From: Azolla caroliniana
Taxonomy: Eukaryota > Plantae > Polypodiophyta
Direction: 5' to 3'
Assembly (NCBI GenBank): GCA_043228905.1
Contig: JBHGNT010000007.1
Location: 8,370,001 to 8,434,000 of the forward strand
DNA length: 64,000 nt
The notes under the pieces are model-generated. The model ran no database searches. It had not been told where the DNA came from and saw only the letters and a list, made by a program, of their open reading frames with translations. The position numbers and the translations under genes are program-made. Shown here in pieces: positions 38,968-51,804 of this stretch (position 1 is its first letter; the number at the start of each line of letters is the position of its first letter).

Positions 38968-41900
38968 TGTCGTGACGATTTTCGGCTACGGTGTGAAACC
39001 GAGTGAGACGAATAAACCAAGGATGTGCAACATTGCACATACACTTAGCAAATAAGCCTCCTAAGGCCTAGTGGCACTTGAGTTCATACAGAGGGGTGCA
39101 AGCAAGGTTTGAACCTTGCACCTCTAAGATACAAGATAATTGCCTTACCACTAGGACAACTATCATATAGTGTAGATATTATGTATTTCCTTTTCATATA
39201 CAAATTATAGACGAAACAACCATAGAAAACCATGTGCACAAAACCATGGTTTTAAACCCATGGTTTGTGCATGACATAAGCAAAACCGTGTGCACAAAAC
39301 CATGGTTTTAGCCCATGGTTTTGTGCATGTCACGAGAATGGAAAGACCTATAAAAGCCTCTAGTTGGGCTTGTGTAAGGGGGGCTCAATATGTGATATCA
39401 CCAACACCATTATCATCAATATAATATTTGTCTTTATCTTCTTCATATTTTTCTACTTCTCAAGTGTACAATTTTTCTTCTTCTCAAGTAAACCATTTTC
39501 ATTTAATCTTACATTGATCGTCATCTAGCATCGATAATTCCGCGAACGTCCTCCCCAGTCCAAGACCCCGGTGGTCGCTCGAGTAGCACACGCACGCGCG
39601 AATCTTCGCGACATCATTTGGTGAACCCGACGTGAAGAGCAGCAGGGGAGGACGAAGATGGATGGCGAATATCTCATGGAGGCAATGTCAAGAAGGATGA
39701 TGGAGTTTCTGAGAGAAGGGAAAAGAAGAAATGAAGCCCAACAAGCCGTCGACAAGATAGTCGAACGAATGAGCTATTTCAACGGCGCCGAAGTCCAAAG
39801 TTTCCTAAAAGTCTACAATGCGGAGATGGATTCAAGAGGTGTGGACAAAGCTATGAGGCTAGAGTTCTTTTGTCGGGTGGTGTCTCAACCGATCTTCAAA
39901 GATGTAACAGAGCTTCTAGAAGCTCATGATTCGTGGGCGACTTTCGAGAAGGCTCTATTGGAGGAATATGACTATGAGAGACTAAAGGGACAAGATCGAC
40001 GCAACTTCGACCAATGGGTGACATCAGCGAAGACCCACCAAGGTGCGACACAAGCATTCGTAGACTTCGAGCATCATTTTTCTCAATTGTCGGAGCGGGA
40101 ACAAAGATTGGTGGGGGTCGATAAGGTCCTTATGTTCGTGAAGTCAATCGATCGAATGGAAAGGATGGCGATTGGCCTCAAACTCGAAGAAGATGATGGT
40201 GCAAATGGCCTCATCGAGGATTGGAGCAAAGTGGAAAGTGTATGCCGACTACACGATAAGGGGCAAGCGAGAATATCGGCGACAACAAGACGGCCCATGA
40301 GGGACGATCGAAGAGGGACGAGATGCAACAACGCGCCACCAACAAAAGAAATGAAGCTTAAAAGGGAGACAAAACTGAGGCGAATGGTGATCGAGGAAGA
40401 AGAGACCTCCCAACAAATGCGGGTTAATGAAGTGGCCGATACAAAGGCTCTGGTTCGGTATGACGGTACCGAGAGAGAAGGTGTGAAACAAGTCACCTTC
40501 TTGTCTTACAAAGAAACGACGGCGAAGGAGGAGGCCGATGACTCGAGGACGGCGAACGCCACTTCGAGGGAGGATAAATGTTTCGGAACACGCATTGTGT
40601 ACGAAACATCGGGTGATGACGGCGCAAGCATGAGAAAAGCTTGCATGATCGAGGGAGAAAAAGTGTTTGAGTCTGAAGAGATTGAGGAGGTAGCCATGAC
40701 AAACGACATCGAGTCGGAGGTGGCTATGGATGAGTCGACGACGGATAGCCATGTCGACACTTTCTTCACGCTTGTTCCAGAGACTTCGGCGGTTGCGCCC
40801 ATGTGCCAACGTGAGACCGGAGAGACGGAAGGTGGTGACGGGAAGACGAAGGCCCAACACAAGGAGGAAGAAGATCGAGGAAGAAAGGATATCCCCACAC
40901 CTATTCTAGAGACTTCGGCGGTTGTGCACGTGCACCAACGTGAGACCGGAGAGACAGAATGTGTGGACAAAAAAGAGGACGACCGGAAGGGCGATGAAGA
41001 AGACAAGGTAAATGTAAATGAACGAAGGGATTCCTTCACACTGGTTCCGGAGACTTCGGCAGTCGAGACCGTGTGTCGACATAAGACCGAAGATAAAGGA
41101 GGTGGCGAAGAGGAGACAATATGGCTTGAGGCGAGCATACACGGAGGGAAGGATATGGCCGACGTGGAGGCCAAGGATGAAGCTGCGGTTGAGTTCGATG
41201 GAGAGGTTGCATGCGGGAAGGAAGGAAGAGTCGAGAACCGGTTGAACCGGAAGACGATCCGGCCGGGATTCCGACCCGAACGAAGGAAGATCCACATGGG
41301 AGCCGATCGACCGGGGCCGACCCGGCCGAAACCTGATTCGGCGAAAATCGATCGGACGATTCCGATCCAAAAGGGGGCCGACCCAGCCAAAATCAATCGG
41401 TCGAGCCCGACCCGGGGAAATGTGAATGCAGACGAAGGCCAACCAAGCCAAGAAGCGATCGGTGGAGACCGATCCGGACAAGGGCAAACCCGGCCTAATC
41501 GGAGATCGACACGAACGATCTACAATACCCAGTTGAAGACGGTGAGCGTGAGGAGTGACCAGGAGTCCAATCGAAGGACATGCGCGGTGGACGAAGGAAG
41601 AGCGGTCGTATCGACGACATCGTTCGGTAGATCTACTACAACCGATCGGGGAAGAAGGTGTGAGCGCCGGATATGGTGGATCGGGTGGCTACGGTGGTTC
41701 GGTTGGAAAGATTGCGCATACTCGAAGTGGAAGACGAAGTCAGACGAGGAACTCGGTTGATCACCGTTGCCAAAGATCTCACCTCTTCACCTTTCTCGGC
41801 ACATACCGGAGGATGTGCGGGTTTGGTGGGGGTGGATGTCGTGACGATTTTCGGCTACGGTGTGAAACCGAGTGAGACGAATAAACCAAGGATGTGCAAC

Positions 41901-42482
41901 ATTGCACATACACTTAGCAAATAAGCCTCCTAAGGCCTAGTGGCACTTGAGTTCATACAGAGGGGTACAAGCAAGGTTTGAACCTTGCACCTCTAAGATA
42001 CAAGATAATTGCCTTACCACTAGGACAACTATCATATAGTATAGATATTATGTATTTCCTTTTCATATACAAATTATAGACGAAACAACCATAGAAAACC
42101 ATGTGCACAAAACCATGGTTTTAAACCCATGGTTTGTGCATGACATAAGCAAAACCGTGTGCACAAAACCATGGTTTTAGCCCATGGTTTTGTGCATGTC
42201 ACGAGAATGGAAAGACCTATAAAAGCCTCTAGTTGGGCTTGTGTAAGGGGGGCTCAATATGTGATATCACCAACACCATTATCATCAATATAATATTTGT
42301 CTTTATCTTCTTCATATTTTTCTACTTCTCAAGTGTACAATTTTTCTTCTTCTCAAGTAAACCATTTTCATTTAATCTTACATTGATCGTCATCTAGCAT
42401 CGATAATTCCGCGAACGTCCTCCCCAGTCCAAGACCCCGGTGGTCGCTCGAGTAGCACACGCACGCGCGAATCTTCGCGACA
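38968..42482 (+). mobile_element. Young Gag-only non-autonomous LTR element F; LTRs 38968-39613 and 41837-42482, tRNA-Trp PBS 39619-39636, 4-bp TSD ACGT
   Basis: 646-bp LTRs with about 2 differences by eye, TGTCG...CGACA ends, PBS TGGTGAACCCGACGTGAA, PPT GGTGGGGGTGGA, ACGT on both sides. Confidence 0.95.
39658..41760 (+). CDS. 700-aa Gag-like protein with a long acidic, repetitive C-terminal extension
   Basis: The N-terminal ~200 aa align by eye with element E Gag (FNGAEVQSFLKVYNAEM vs FNGKNATSYLEAYRAEM; KVLMFVKSID vs RVLLFVKAVD). The frame is uninterrupted. Confidence 0.85.
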   Translation: MDGEYLMEAMSRRMMEFLREGKRRNEAQQAVDKIVERMSYFNGAEVQSFLKVYNAEMDSRGVDKAMRLEFFCRVVSQPIFKDVTELLEAHDSWATFEKALLEEYDYERLKGQDRRNFDQWVTSAKTHQGATQAFVDFEHHFSQLSEREQRLVGVDKVLMFVKSIDRMERMAIGLKLEEDDGANGLIEDWSKVESVCRLHDKGQARISATTRRPMRDDRRGTRCNNAPPTKEMKLKRETKLRRMVIEEEETSQQMRVNEVADTKALVRYDGTEREGVKQVTFLSYKETTAKEEADDSRTANATSREDKCFGTRIVYETSGDDGASMRKACMIEGEKVFESEEIEEVAMTNDIESEVAMDESTTDSHVDTFFTLVPETSAVAPMCQRETGETEGGDGKTKAQHKEEEDRGRKDIPTPILETSAVVHVHQRETGETECVDKKEDDRKGDEEDKVNVNERRDSFTLVPETSAVETVCRHKTEDKGGGEEETIWLEASIHGGKDMADVEAKDEAAVEFDGEVACGKEGRVENRLNRKTIRPGFRPERRKIHMGADRPGPTRPKPDSAKIDRTIPIQKGADPAKINRSSPTRGNVNADEGQPSQEAIGGDRSGQGQTRPNRRSTRTIYNTQLKTVSVRSDQESNRRTCAVDEGRAVVSTTSFGRSTTTDRGRRCERRIWWIGWLRWFGWKDCAYSKWKTKSDEELG

Positions 42483-42855
42483 ACGTGTAACTGTAACTCC
42501 CCATGTTGTTGTTGTAACTCCCCATGTTGTTGCTACGTTTGCTGTTTTTCTAAAGCAATTTGTTGAAGATCCCCTAACGATCGTTGGTTTTCTTGTTCCA
42601 ATGCAACAAAATTTTCTTTTAGACACTGTAGCTCGGAAAAAATGGATCGATATTCATGGGCGCTAACAGTAGCCATAGTATTGGAAAAAGGGGTAAGAGG
42701 ATGAGGGAAACCGAAAAGAAGACCAGAGGGGGAAATTGGTTCAAACTGTCAAGAATAGTACTAAAACAGAGAGAGAATTAGTAGTAGAGAAGGGAAGTAC
42801 TATTAGTACTAAGAGGACGGATTGCGTAAGACTCACGAGAGAGAGAGATAATGAA

Positions 42856-42901
<46 letters not shown>

Positions 42902-45900
42902 ATGATAACATGTGATATATTATGTGAAGAGTAAGTACAAAATAGATATGAGGCTTAAGACTGGCGTTGAACCAATTTGGTTTGAAATAATGCCTTGTGC
43001 TTCTTTTTATAGTGTTCTCAAGAATAGTCCTGAAGCTTCTAGAACGTTCCAGAGAAATCTGGAATATACAATAATTTTCTATAGTGAAACTTAAATGAAA
43101 ATAATATCCTATGTATTACAATAGATAATGTACTGGTCAAGAGATCGACCCATATACCATAAGGTTGTGGGTTCGAGTCTTGCCATATCATTACAACTAT
43201 GTATGTTAGGATGCATCTTAGGCCAATAGAATTGAGTGGAGATGAGAACAAGTGTACGATGTATTCCAGGGTGCCCTGCTAAGGGTTTAATCATGGCATT
43301 AAAAAATAATTCTCTTTTTGACCTCAGGAAAATCTGGAACACAGGCAAATCTGGAACACAAACCTTCCCATTATGGTAGAGCAGACCGTTAGCAATGTGG
43401 AAGGATTCCTTCGAGGATGTGGTGGTGTCAGTTCCAGACTCAACTCTTGCCCAATATTTCGCAAAATAACTATCATAAGGATACTTTCCTCGAAGGTGAT
43501 AATAAAGATATGATGTTATTTCTGTGAAGCTAAGCATGTTAACTTCACGAATGCCACTTAGTGCATCAACGACAGTGTTCATGGAACCTTTACGATATCG
43601 TATGGAAAAATCAAAGTCCTGGATAAGATCAACCCATCATGCCTTACGACCTTTTAGGTCTTGTTGGTCACAGAAATATTTCAAGCACTCGTGGTCCGTA
43701 GTTACCACAAAACAATTTCCATAAAGATAATGGCGCCATGTTTTGAGTGCATGTATAACTACAAATAATTCCTTTTCTTGAACTGTATACCGAGATTGAG
43801 CAGAATCAAATTTCTTACTCTCGAATGCTATTGGTTTACCATCCTAATATAAGACAACACCTATAACATAATCTCTTGCAACCTCAAAAGGTTTTGAAGG
43901 ATCGGGTAAAAGAAGCGAAGGAGCCTTGCACACCAGGTCCTTGAGTTCCTTAAAGGCGAGGTCTAGTGTAGCATTCCACACAATAGGTTTTGTAGACTTA
44001 TGCGTTTGACCTTTTAGAATATCAGTAGACGGCATCGTCAATTGGGAGTAATTAGAAGGGATTTTCGCAAAACGCCGACAAAACCAAGGAATGATCGAAC
44101 TTCTCGAATATTCCGAAGAGTGGGCCAAAGTTTGATTTTCTCGATGCGAGAAGGATCAATTTCAACTCCTCGTTCGGTTATGAGATGCCAAAGATAAATA
44201 ATTGATTTCTTGAAGAACTCGCATTTTGAGATCTTCGCGTAGAATTGCTTGTTGCGCAATGTTTGTAAAACAAAGTGGACATGTTTAGCACATTGAATAA
44301 AATGAGTACAATCGATCAATACAAAAGTAATTGAATAATGAACCCAATCAATAGATAAAGAAGAGTTTTTATTAAAAAACCAAGGATAACCCAACATTTC
44401 TTCAGTGGTACAAAGATTCATTACATGGAAGTCTACTTCCTCTATATAAGTATCAATAGAAATTCCTAATGAATGAATCGCCCCGTTGATGTATTGTAGT
44501 CTTCCATTAGCCAAGTGCACCCTATAGGTGTGATCACTTACGGTAGGTTGGATTCCCCATATCTGAACCAAATCAATCATTCACAAAATTGTGTGAACTT
44601 CCCAAAAATTGTACGGAAGATCCATTGATATACCCGTTTGCACGTAGTAAATCATTGGGTCCCAATACCTAGTGAGGGAAAGAACATTGACAATTACTTA
44701 AATGATGTGTATAGACCTCAAGGACATTAGGAATCTGACCTTTATGGTCTGCAACTTTTGCTTTGTTGTCGTGCTCTTTCTGTTGGAGCTTTCGACATTG
44801 TTCTTTTGTATGACCCTTCTTTTTGCAGAATACGCAAAAAGGATGTTGTCATTTACAATCACAATCCATGAATTCGTTGGGTGTCTTGCGTTTCCCAGCG
44901 AATTGCGACTGCTTCGTTGGGTTTGTTATGGTCCTTCTTCGAAGTGCGTTGATAGTGAAGAACTATTTCAATGGCCTCTTCGAAGGATTTTGGATCCTTA
45001 TCGTGCACTATCCAGTGATAGTCCGAATTGGGGATGCTATTGACAAAACAAGCTATTAACCAGTTTTGGGTTCTAGCATGGTGAACATATTCTTCTAGAG
45101 AGGAAAACTTCCTGCTAGAGAGGTTCATTAAAGCTTGAGTTGCCTCGGTTCGAGAGGGAGGTTGTAGAAATTGGCCCTTGAAAACTGTGACAAAATCTGT
45201 CCAGGTATTAGGCAATTTCCCCAAAGTTTGGAGCCCACGCCACCAGGCGACGGCCTTACTCCCTAGTTCTCGACCGACATATGCAATCTTCGTACTATCT
45301 GGCGTGGGATAGAGCTCAAATCCCATCGGCCCAACCACGTGTAGATTGCTTCTTCGTTTCTTTCCTTTTTTTCTCTCGTAAATGGCTTTATGACAAATGA
45401 TGGCTCACCTTGACGCTCATCGGGTCTATTAGTCTCACATTGTAAACTAATGACACATGCCTCGAGAGCACTTTGAGATTGCTAAATGTCGGACATCTGA
45501 TGAGCGGTTGAACTAAGGAAATGTTGTATTTGTAAAAAATACGACTAAATGGACATTGGTCTAGGAGGATTTCCTTGAGTTCCTTCTGCTTGAGTGGATG
45601 ACATCGGGTCGTTATTTTGAGCCATTGAATGATTATTTCTGGCAAAGAAATAGGATAAGTTCAGACAAATAGTCATAACATCATGTCGTGATGTAAACAT
45701 ATCATGGGCTAACATTAATCGATATCATGATCTCACGTCAATACCCCTCTAGACGTATGAGATGAGGTTCAAGATGAGGTTACTATGGTAACACAAAGGT
45801 GTTTTGAAAACCATGGGGCCATGGGGGAAACAAATGAATGTTTTTCCCTGATCTCTATATCAATTTTTTCATGGCGGCTCCTCGAGGCTCAACCACGTAT

Positions 45901-46679
45901 GTTCGTGTCATTAATAGTTTATACATGAAAAAAATGTTAACAATAGACTATGTTTCTGTGCCCACGTATGTGGTTTCGGCTCATTAAGTCCTATTACGAG
46001 GACCCTGAAGTGCACTTAGACCTAAAGTCTAAACATGTATTATAGTCATATGTATCAACAATGTTGTATGGTCTTGGTCATATTTGAACTCAAGTCCTTA
46101 TTTCCCTCTCATTTACCTCAAACTATGTTGGTATGTTACCTAACTTCAAGTCTCATAATTACGATGGCATACGCCAAAGTGCAACCTAATGGACAAGTCA
46201 AATGAGCCCTCTTTTCGTAGTAGGCCCACGTGGCCCATCACATGGTTACGTCATTACGAATGCCTTTCGTAAGAATGATCTCATGGTGGCATCGTGTCCA
46301 TGTAATGAGGGAGGGATGTTGGATATGTGTGTCATAGGAGTGACCTCACATGAAGTGGGTCAAGCCCTACGTTCTCAACATCATTGTGGCTATGAGCATT
46401 GCGTTACATAACGAAATCTAAGTGACCAACGGGGATGTCAACAAAGAAAAATTGTTGAAAAAAGGATGGTGACTACGCCATTCTCACAAAAATGTGAGGA
46501 CGACCACCAAAATCCTTTCCCAGAAAAGGACAACATTCGATATAGAAATCACGTTATAACTAACATACACATGTATATTTATCACATATATACGATCAAA
46601 TACGTATACACGTGACCACATATGCATATATTTAAAAAAATCGTAACATCAAATAGTCAACATATGATGAAATCGAGAC

Positions 46680-46945
46680 ACGTAATCGAGGCATATAGCC
46701 TCTACGCACACGAAACATCAAAAAATAAGGGTTAATCGTAATACGCAATTGAGGTATTGACCTCTTACGCATACGACACCAAACGCAAATCATTTACATA
46801 GAAATCTAGGTATTGACCTCATACGCAAATGTAACATATGTATGTGAACGTAATACGCAATTGAGGTATTAATCTCGTACACATACGCCACTAATCACAT
46901 ATTAAATATATGTCAAATGAGGTATTGACCTCATACACATATGTA
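46680..46945. repeat. Degenerate tandem repeat in the element C leader
   Basis: GAGGTATTGACCTCATACGCA-like unit recurs about 5 times at ~55-60 bp spacing. Confidence 0.7.
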
Positions 46946-49900
46946 AACATTTTATACAACCAATTAATTACCACTACAACATCATTGAATCAATGAAAAA
47001 AATTACATATTGACCATATACATGATTAGATGGGAGAGGAAAAAATAGAACAAAAAAAACAAGAAAGAGTTACCGAAGTTCCTTTGTTGATCGCTATGTG
47101 GATCAAGGTTGATCAATCACCATCCATCAAGAACACAAAAACAAACAAAGGAAACATTAGAAACATAAGCTCTGATACCAACTATTAGAGTTATGGTCTA
47201 ATGTAATGTTGAAATACAAGCTCAACATTCGGTGTGTAAATCGGTTGCGCAACGAGAGGCCGTAGCGGTGCATAAACCGGGAGGCCATTGGACATATATT
47301 CCGCAGAGGAATATATTTTGGGAGTTAATGTAGAGGCTCATTGATGAGCATTGAAGTACGTTGTCGCAAAGAAAACCGGCCCTAAGAGGAATCGAGGAAT
47401 TAAAGGCGTGAACCCACCCTTGCACAAGTGTGCGCGAATTGATGCATTGTACATAACTAGGAATAGGACGGTTGATGTAAATATACTAGCTATGACCTAT
47501 TTATTAGCTAGGAAATCGACTCGTATCTCTGTCCGAAGGGACAAAGAATAAAGTTGATGTGTTTTGATGTAACGGCCTCCTCGACGACCTATAAAAGGGA
47601 GAGGAGAAGAAGAAGAAGGGATCCTGTTTTTGGCAACGAGGAGGTGCTGTCGGACTGAGTATCGAGCTCTCTCCTTTGCTATCATTACTCTCCACTCTGT
47701 TTCTGGGTCAATTGCCTCTGCTGCGTGTAAGCCTGCGTGTTTCCAGCAGAGGCTCCACCGTGTGTTCTTTGTGTCGCATGTGTGTGCGTGGGTTCTCTGT
47801 GTTGGATATGTTGCCGGCTTGCCGGTTGTAATCTTGCATACATTGTAGCCTTGTTAGTTATTGAATCCAAACTTCTGTCTTCTCTCTCTTGTGTTCTCTT
47901 GAGTTCCCTCTACCTTGTCCGGTGAGCATGTATCAGGTTCGGAGACTATACACGTTTAGGTCTCATTCGGCCAGCAACACTGTCGGCAATGAGTAGGCCG
48001 AGCCGGCGATACGCTGGCGTATCTCTTCTCTCTCTCTCTCTCTCTCTCTCTTTTGATCTCTTAAACCCCTCGGTCCAAGACCCTCGCTGTCCCGCCTTAA
48101 TTTCTCCTGCGCGAGCGGAACTACACAACATAAATTTGGTGAATCCGACGTGAAACAAGGAGGCAGAGGAGTTGGAGATGAGGGGATTGGAGCTTGCCGA
48201 AGCCATGGCGGCAACGATGGATCGGATATTAAGTGCTCACGAGGGCACGGGCACCCTCGACAGGGCCATTGAAGCGATTGTCAGCGCGATAGGCCAGTTC
48301 AATGGTAAGAACGCCACGAGTTATTTGGAGGCCTACCGGGCCGAAATGGTGATGAGGGATATTCCAGAAGATAGGCGGTTGGCTAGTTTCGCTCGGGTAG
48401 CGACGCTAGGCATTCACGCAAAGGTGCTCGAGGTACAAGCTAGATGTCAGACCTGGGGAGAGTTTGAAGGTCGGATCCTCGAGAAATACGGGCTCGATGA
48501 CTCACTTCGGCTATCAAAGCGAGAGTTCATGGAGTGGGTGGAGACCCCCGAAAAGGCGAGGAACACGTCTGCGCTCCTCCAAGAATTTGAGAAACGGTTC
48601 GCCCCGTTGTCGGCGCTGGACTGGACTGTGCTCGACACGAGTCGAGTCCTGCTGTTCGTCAAAGCGGTGGATGCGTTGGACGCGTTGGACTGGGAGAAAG
48701 TGGGTCTCCTATTGGAGATGGACGAAGGGCTCACGACAGACTAGGTCGTGGTAAAGCAAGTCTGTAGTCATTTCGACAAATGGCGTGAATGGAGCGGCGA
48801 GGGATCAACAACAGCGAGGCCGGTCCCGGCAAGGGAGTTCGAGGAGCCGGCATCGGTAAGGAAAGATGAGACTCAAACTTGGCTGGAGTTAGGTGTGGGC
48901 CCATCTGACGTGGTTAAGGGTCTCTCCGGGGGATCGGCTCTAGAAGAGCTGACACAAATGGTGCGGGATCTCCAGATCGCGCAGGCCTAGGGAGACAACG
49001 GCGAACAACCTCGTGACTGGAGGCCGCTGGCAGGGCAACAATGCATGTGGTGTGACGCGGTCGGTCATATCCGGAAGGAGTGCGTGGATTTTGTAGAAGC
49101 AGTCAAGACTAAGGCAGTGTACCTTTGGAATGGGCGGGTACATGCGAGCGAGACTCGGAAAGCCCTGGAGTTGAATACCGGGCATGGCGAAATGAAGCCG
49201 TTGATGGAGGAAGCCACGACACGACACGCAGAGGCCATCCGTTACTCTATGTCGGCGTGTATCCGGGTCGGGGGCGACAAGGGTCGGAAGGCGACAGACT
49301 CCGGATTCTGGACGCTAGTGCTAGAAGGCCTCTCCGGGGTTCGGCTGAGGAAAGAGGAAGCGGACCGCACAGAGCAGCGGATTCGGGAGGTCACCGAATG
49401 GGACGATCCGGTTGAAGAAAAGACCAGCTTCGTGGAAGCCGCATGCCAGAACTACGAGGTTCTGGTAGAAGACACGCGCGCGGGGAAAGGATGGAGGGGC
49501 CGGTCCCTCACAACGGTATGAGACCTGGTTCGGACCGAAGTCGAACGATGCCGCCAACATCGGCGTGGCAGATAGAAAGAAGCCGCCCGGTTTCCGATTG
49601 AGCACCGAAATCGAGCGAATGACGGACCTACGAAAGGTCCTTGAGGAACAGATCCTCGACAGCAAGGTGGAGCTGTCGTTACGGGAGGTACTCGAGATTG
49701 CCAAGAAGGAGTTCCACGACTCAATTGTAGACTTGGTAAAGTGTAAGCAACTCTCGACGGAGCCGAAGCCGGAGAAACCTATGGAGGTGCGGATGACACG
49801 CCTAGAAGACACAGCCTTAGAGGACGAGTTGGTGGATAGCCACGATTCGAAGTTGCATTGGGGCAGAGCCACCACGGAGACCCCTGTCCGGATCGGGGAC

Positions 49901-51804
49901 GTTCCGGAGCCGGTGGTAGCATTGATAGACCATGGATCCGAAATCAACCTGATGTCCATGGATTTCTATAAGAAAGGGAAATGGCCGATCAACACCAAGC
50001 ACGGGTGGAAGGTACGGGCGGCGACGCGCGCTACGGAGGAGCTGCATGGTGCGTGCCCAAATGTACGCGTAAAGATTGACGACGTCGAGATAGATCAACA
50101 CTTCTTTGTGCAGGAGACATCCTCGCACCCGGTGATACTCGCGGAACCGTACATTACGGAAGCATGCATGGAAATGAAGGTGCTTGACAATGGTTCGGCA
50201 TACGCGCGCGTGAAGAGCAAGGACGGGCATGGCTCCTTTCAATTTCTGACGGTGAGGCCGAATCATGAGCGTAACCGCGAGACCCTCGGCGGTGATAGCC
50301 GAGGGGATTTTTAGAGAGGGCTATCAAGGTGTGGGGCTGCGGTAGTCCGGACACCCTGGAGAAACCCCACACATGTACCATAGATAGGAAATTTTGGTTC
50401 TCCGATAACGGAGGTTGTACTATAGCCCGCATCAGTGGCTAGGAAAAGAAGCGGGCGGAGGAAAGGTTCAGGGCGTGCGGTGTCCTCGGCCTTGGCGAAG
50501 AGATTGGCTGCGCCATGGAGGTGGTCTCCTTTGATGACACCTTGGGGGAATTACGCGGTTTGGTCGAAGAAGGCCTTAGTGAAGACCGGACAATTCCGGT
50601 TAGCTCGGTGGAGATGTACGAAGTCATTGCTGACTTCAGAGAAAGGGTCGAGTCGGACCGAACAGCTTGCGTGGATACAAAGTACAAGATTGTGGACCGG
50701 AAGGTGAGGCCAATTGTGGCTCCCTTGCAGGAGGGCAGCAAGGAGCGAATGAAAGGGGTCGCGTCCGACCCAAGTTTGCGGAATTTGGCCGGCATAGGAC
50801 ACCGGTTTACTAATATAACACTACGGGCGCTCAAGGTTGGTGGGGGTGGTTTCTATTGCCGGCGGAGGAGGACCAGTTTCGGAGGGCACGGGAAGGCCTT
50901 CGCATTCTCCCCAGAGGAGATCGAGTGCGTAGACCCGACGATCGTGGAATTGATGGTGATATTCACGGTGTTGCATGTGCTGTGGAACCTCAAACCGATT
51001 CTGGTACCTAGAGCTCACATCCCGAAGTTGATGGAGCTACTGAAACAGAAAGTGGAGATGGGCATCCTCGAGCGGTCGAGTGCTCCATATTCGAATCGGT
51101 GGTTCACCGTGCGGAAAAAGAACGGCACGTTGCACTTCATACATGACCTGCAACCGGTCAACAAGGTGACCATTCGAAACACAGGTATCGGACCGACAAT
51201 CGATGAGTTCGTGGAAGCCTTCGCCGGAAGGTCAATCTATTCGGTCAGTGATCTATATTCGGGGTATGACCAGTTCCTACTAGCTGTAGAGAGCAAGGAT
51301 ATCATGGCGATGCGGACTCCCCTCGGGCTAGTGAAGATGTGTACCCTACCGCAGGGAGGGACCTGTTGTCCGCCGGAATAGTAACCGACGGACAAGAGTG
51401 TAGGAATAAGAAATAATATAAGATCATAACGCATGTAACGGTTCACACAGGAAGCATGAACGGTTAAATAGACCCTGCGTATATAAAGGGCAGAAAACCT
51501 CTGATAGAGGGAGCGTGTAATTTTGGAATGTAAAGGAACATATCATAATAGAATTCTATCTTCTCTGAAAGTCTGTGTATAGCTATGGCTAATCTATTGT
51601 ATGTGTGGAATACCTGAGAGTGTAAGAACGTAAGTGTAACCATTGCTAAGGAATCGGTTGTAGCCGTCTCCCTTATACGCTGATAGGTTACAGGGAACAT
51701 TCCCCTACGCATTATGCATAGACGCCTATTCGTTGTTCCACAACCACTTGAAGGTCTAGGTCGAAGGACTCACCGCATACCGTGTTCCTAATCGGTAACA
51801 CTTT

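Larger units (their letters stand above)
37072..43195 (-). mobile_element. Tcn1/Tf1-like Gypsy element G, 5' half (LTR 42747-43195, gag, PR, RT N-terminus), inserted in the element C integrase and interrupted by element F
   Basis: LTR TGTAATG...TTGACA; gag [67 protein letters not shown]; truncated at 37072. Confidence 0.88.
26166..47206 (-). mobile_element. Chromovirus-type Ty3/Gypsy element C (degenerate, heavily nested): 5' LTR remnant 47183-47206, iMet PBS 47168-47180, gag ~44859-45400, PR/RT remnant/RH/INT zinc finger 43196-44640, INT C-terminus and chromodomain ~33430-33992, PPT 33399-33409, 3' LTR 32943-33395, plus extra inverted U3 copies to 26166
   Basis: PBS TGGTATCAGAGC; motifs KCEFFKKSIIYL, LLLPDPSKPFEV, AGHPGIHRT; chromodomain-like PKRILDVK...KIKWMDKSIKDATWE; the same LTR end is present at 32943 and 47183. 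Confidence 0.85.

Noticed and set aside
40506-41487. Long antisense ORFs in element F
   Set aside because: Shadow frames of the purine-rich sense ORF
50300-50520. Programmed frameshift between PR and RT of element E
   Set aside because: The element has many random stops and indels, so a programmed event cannot be distinguished from decay
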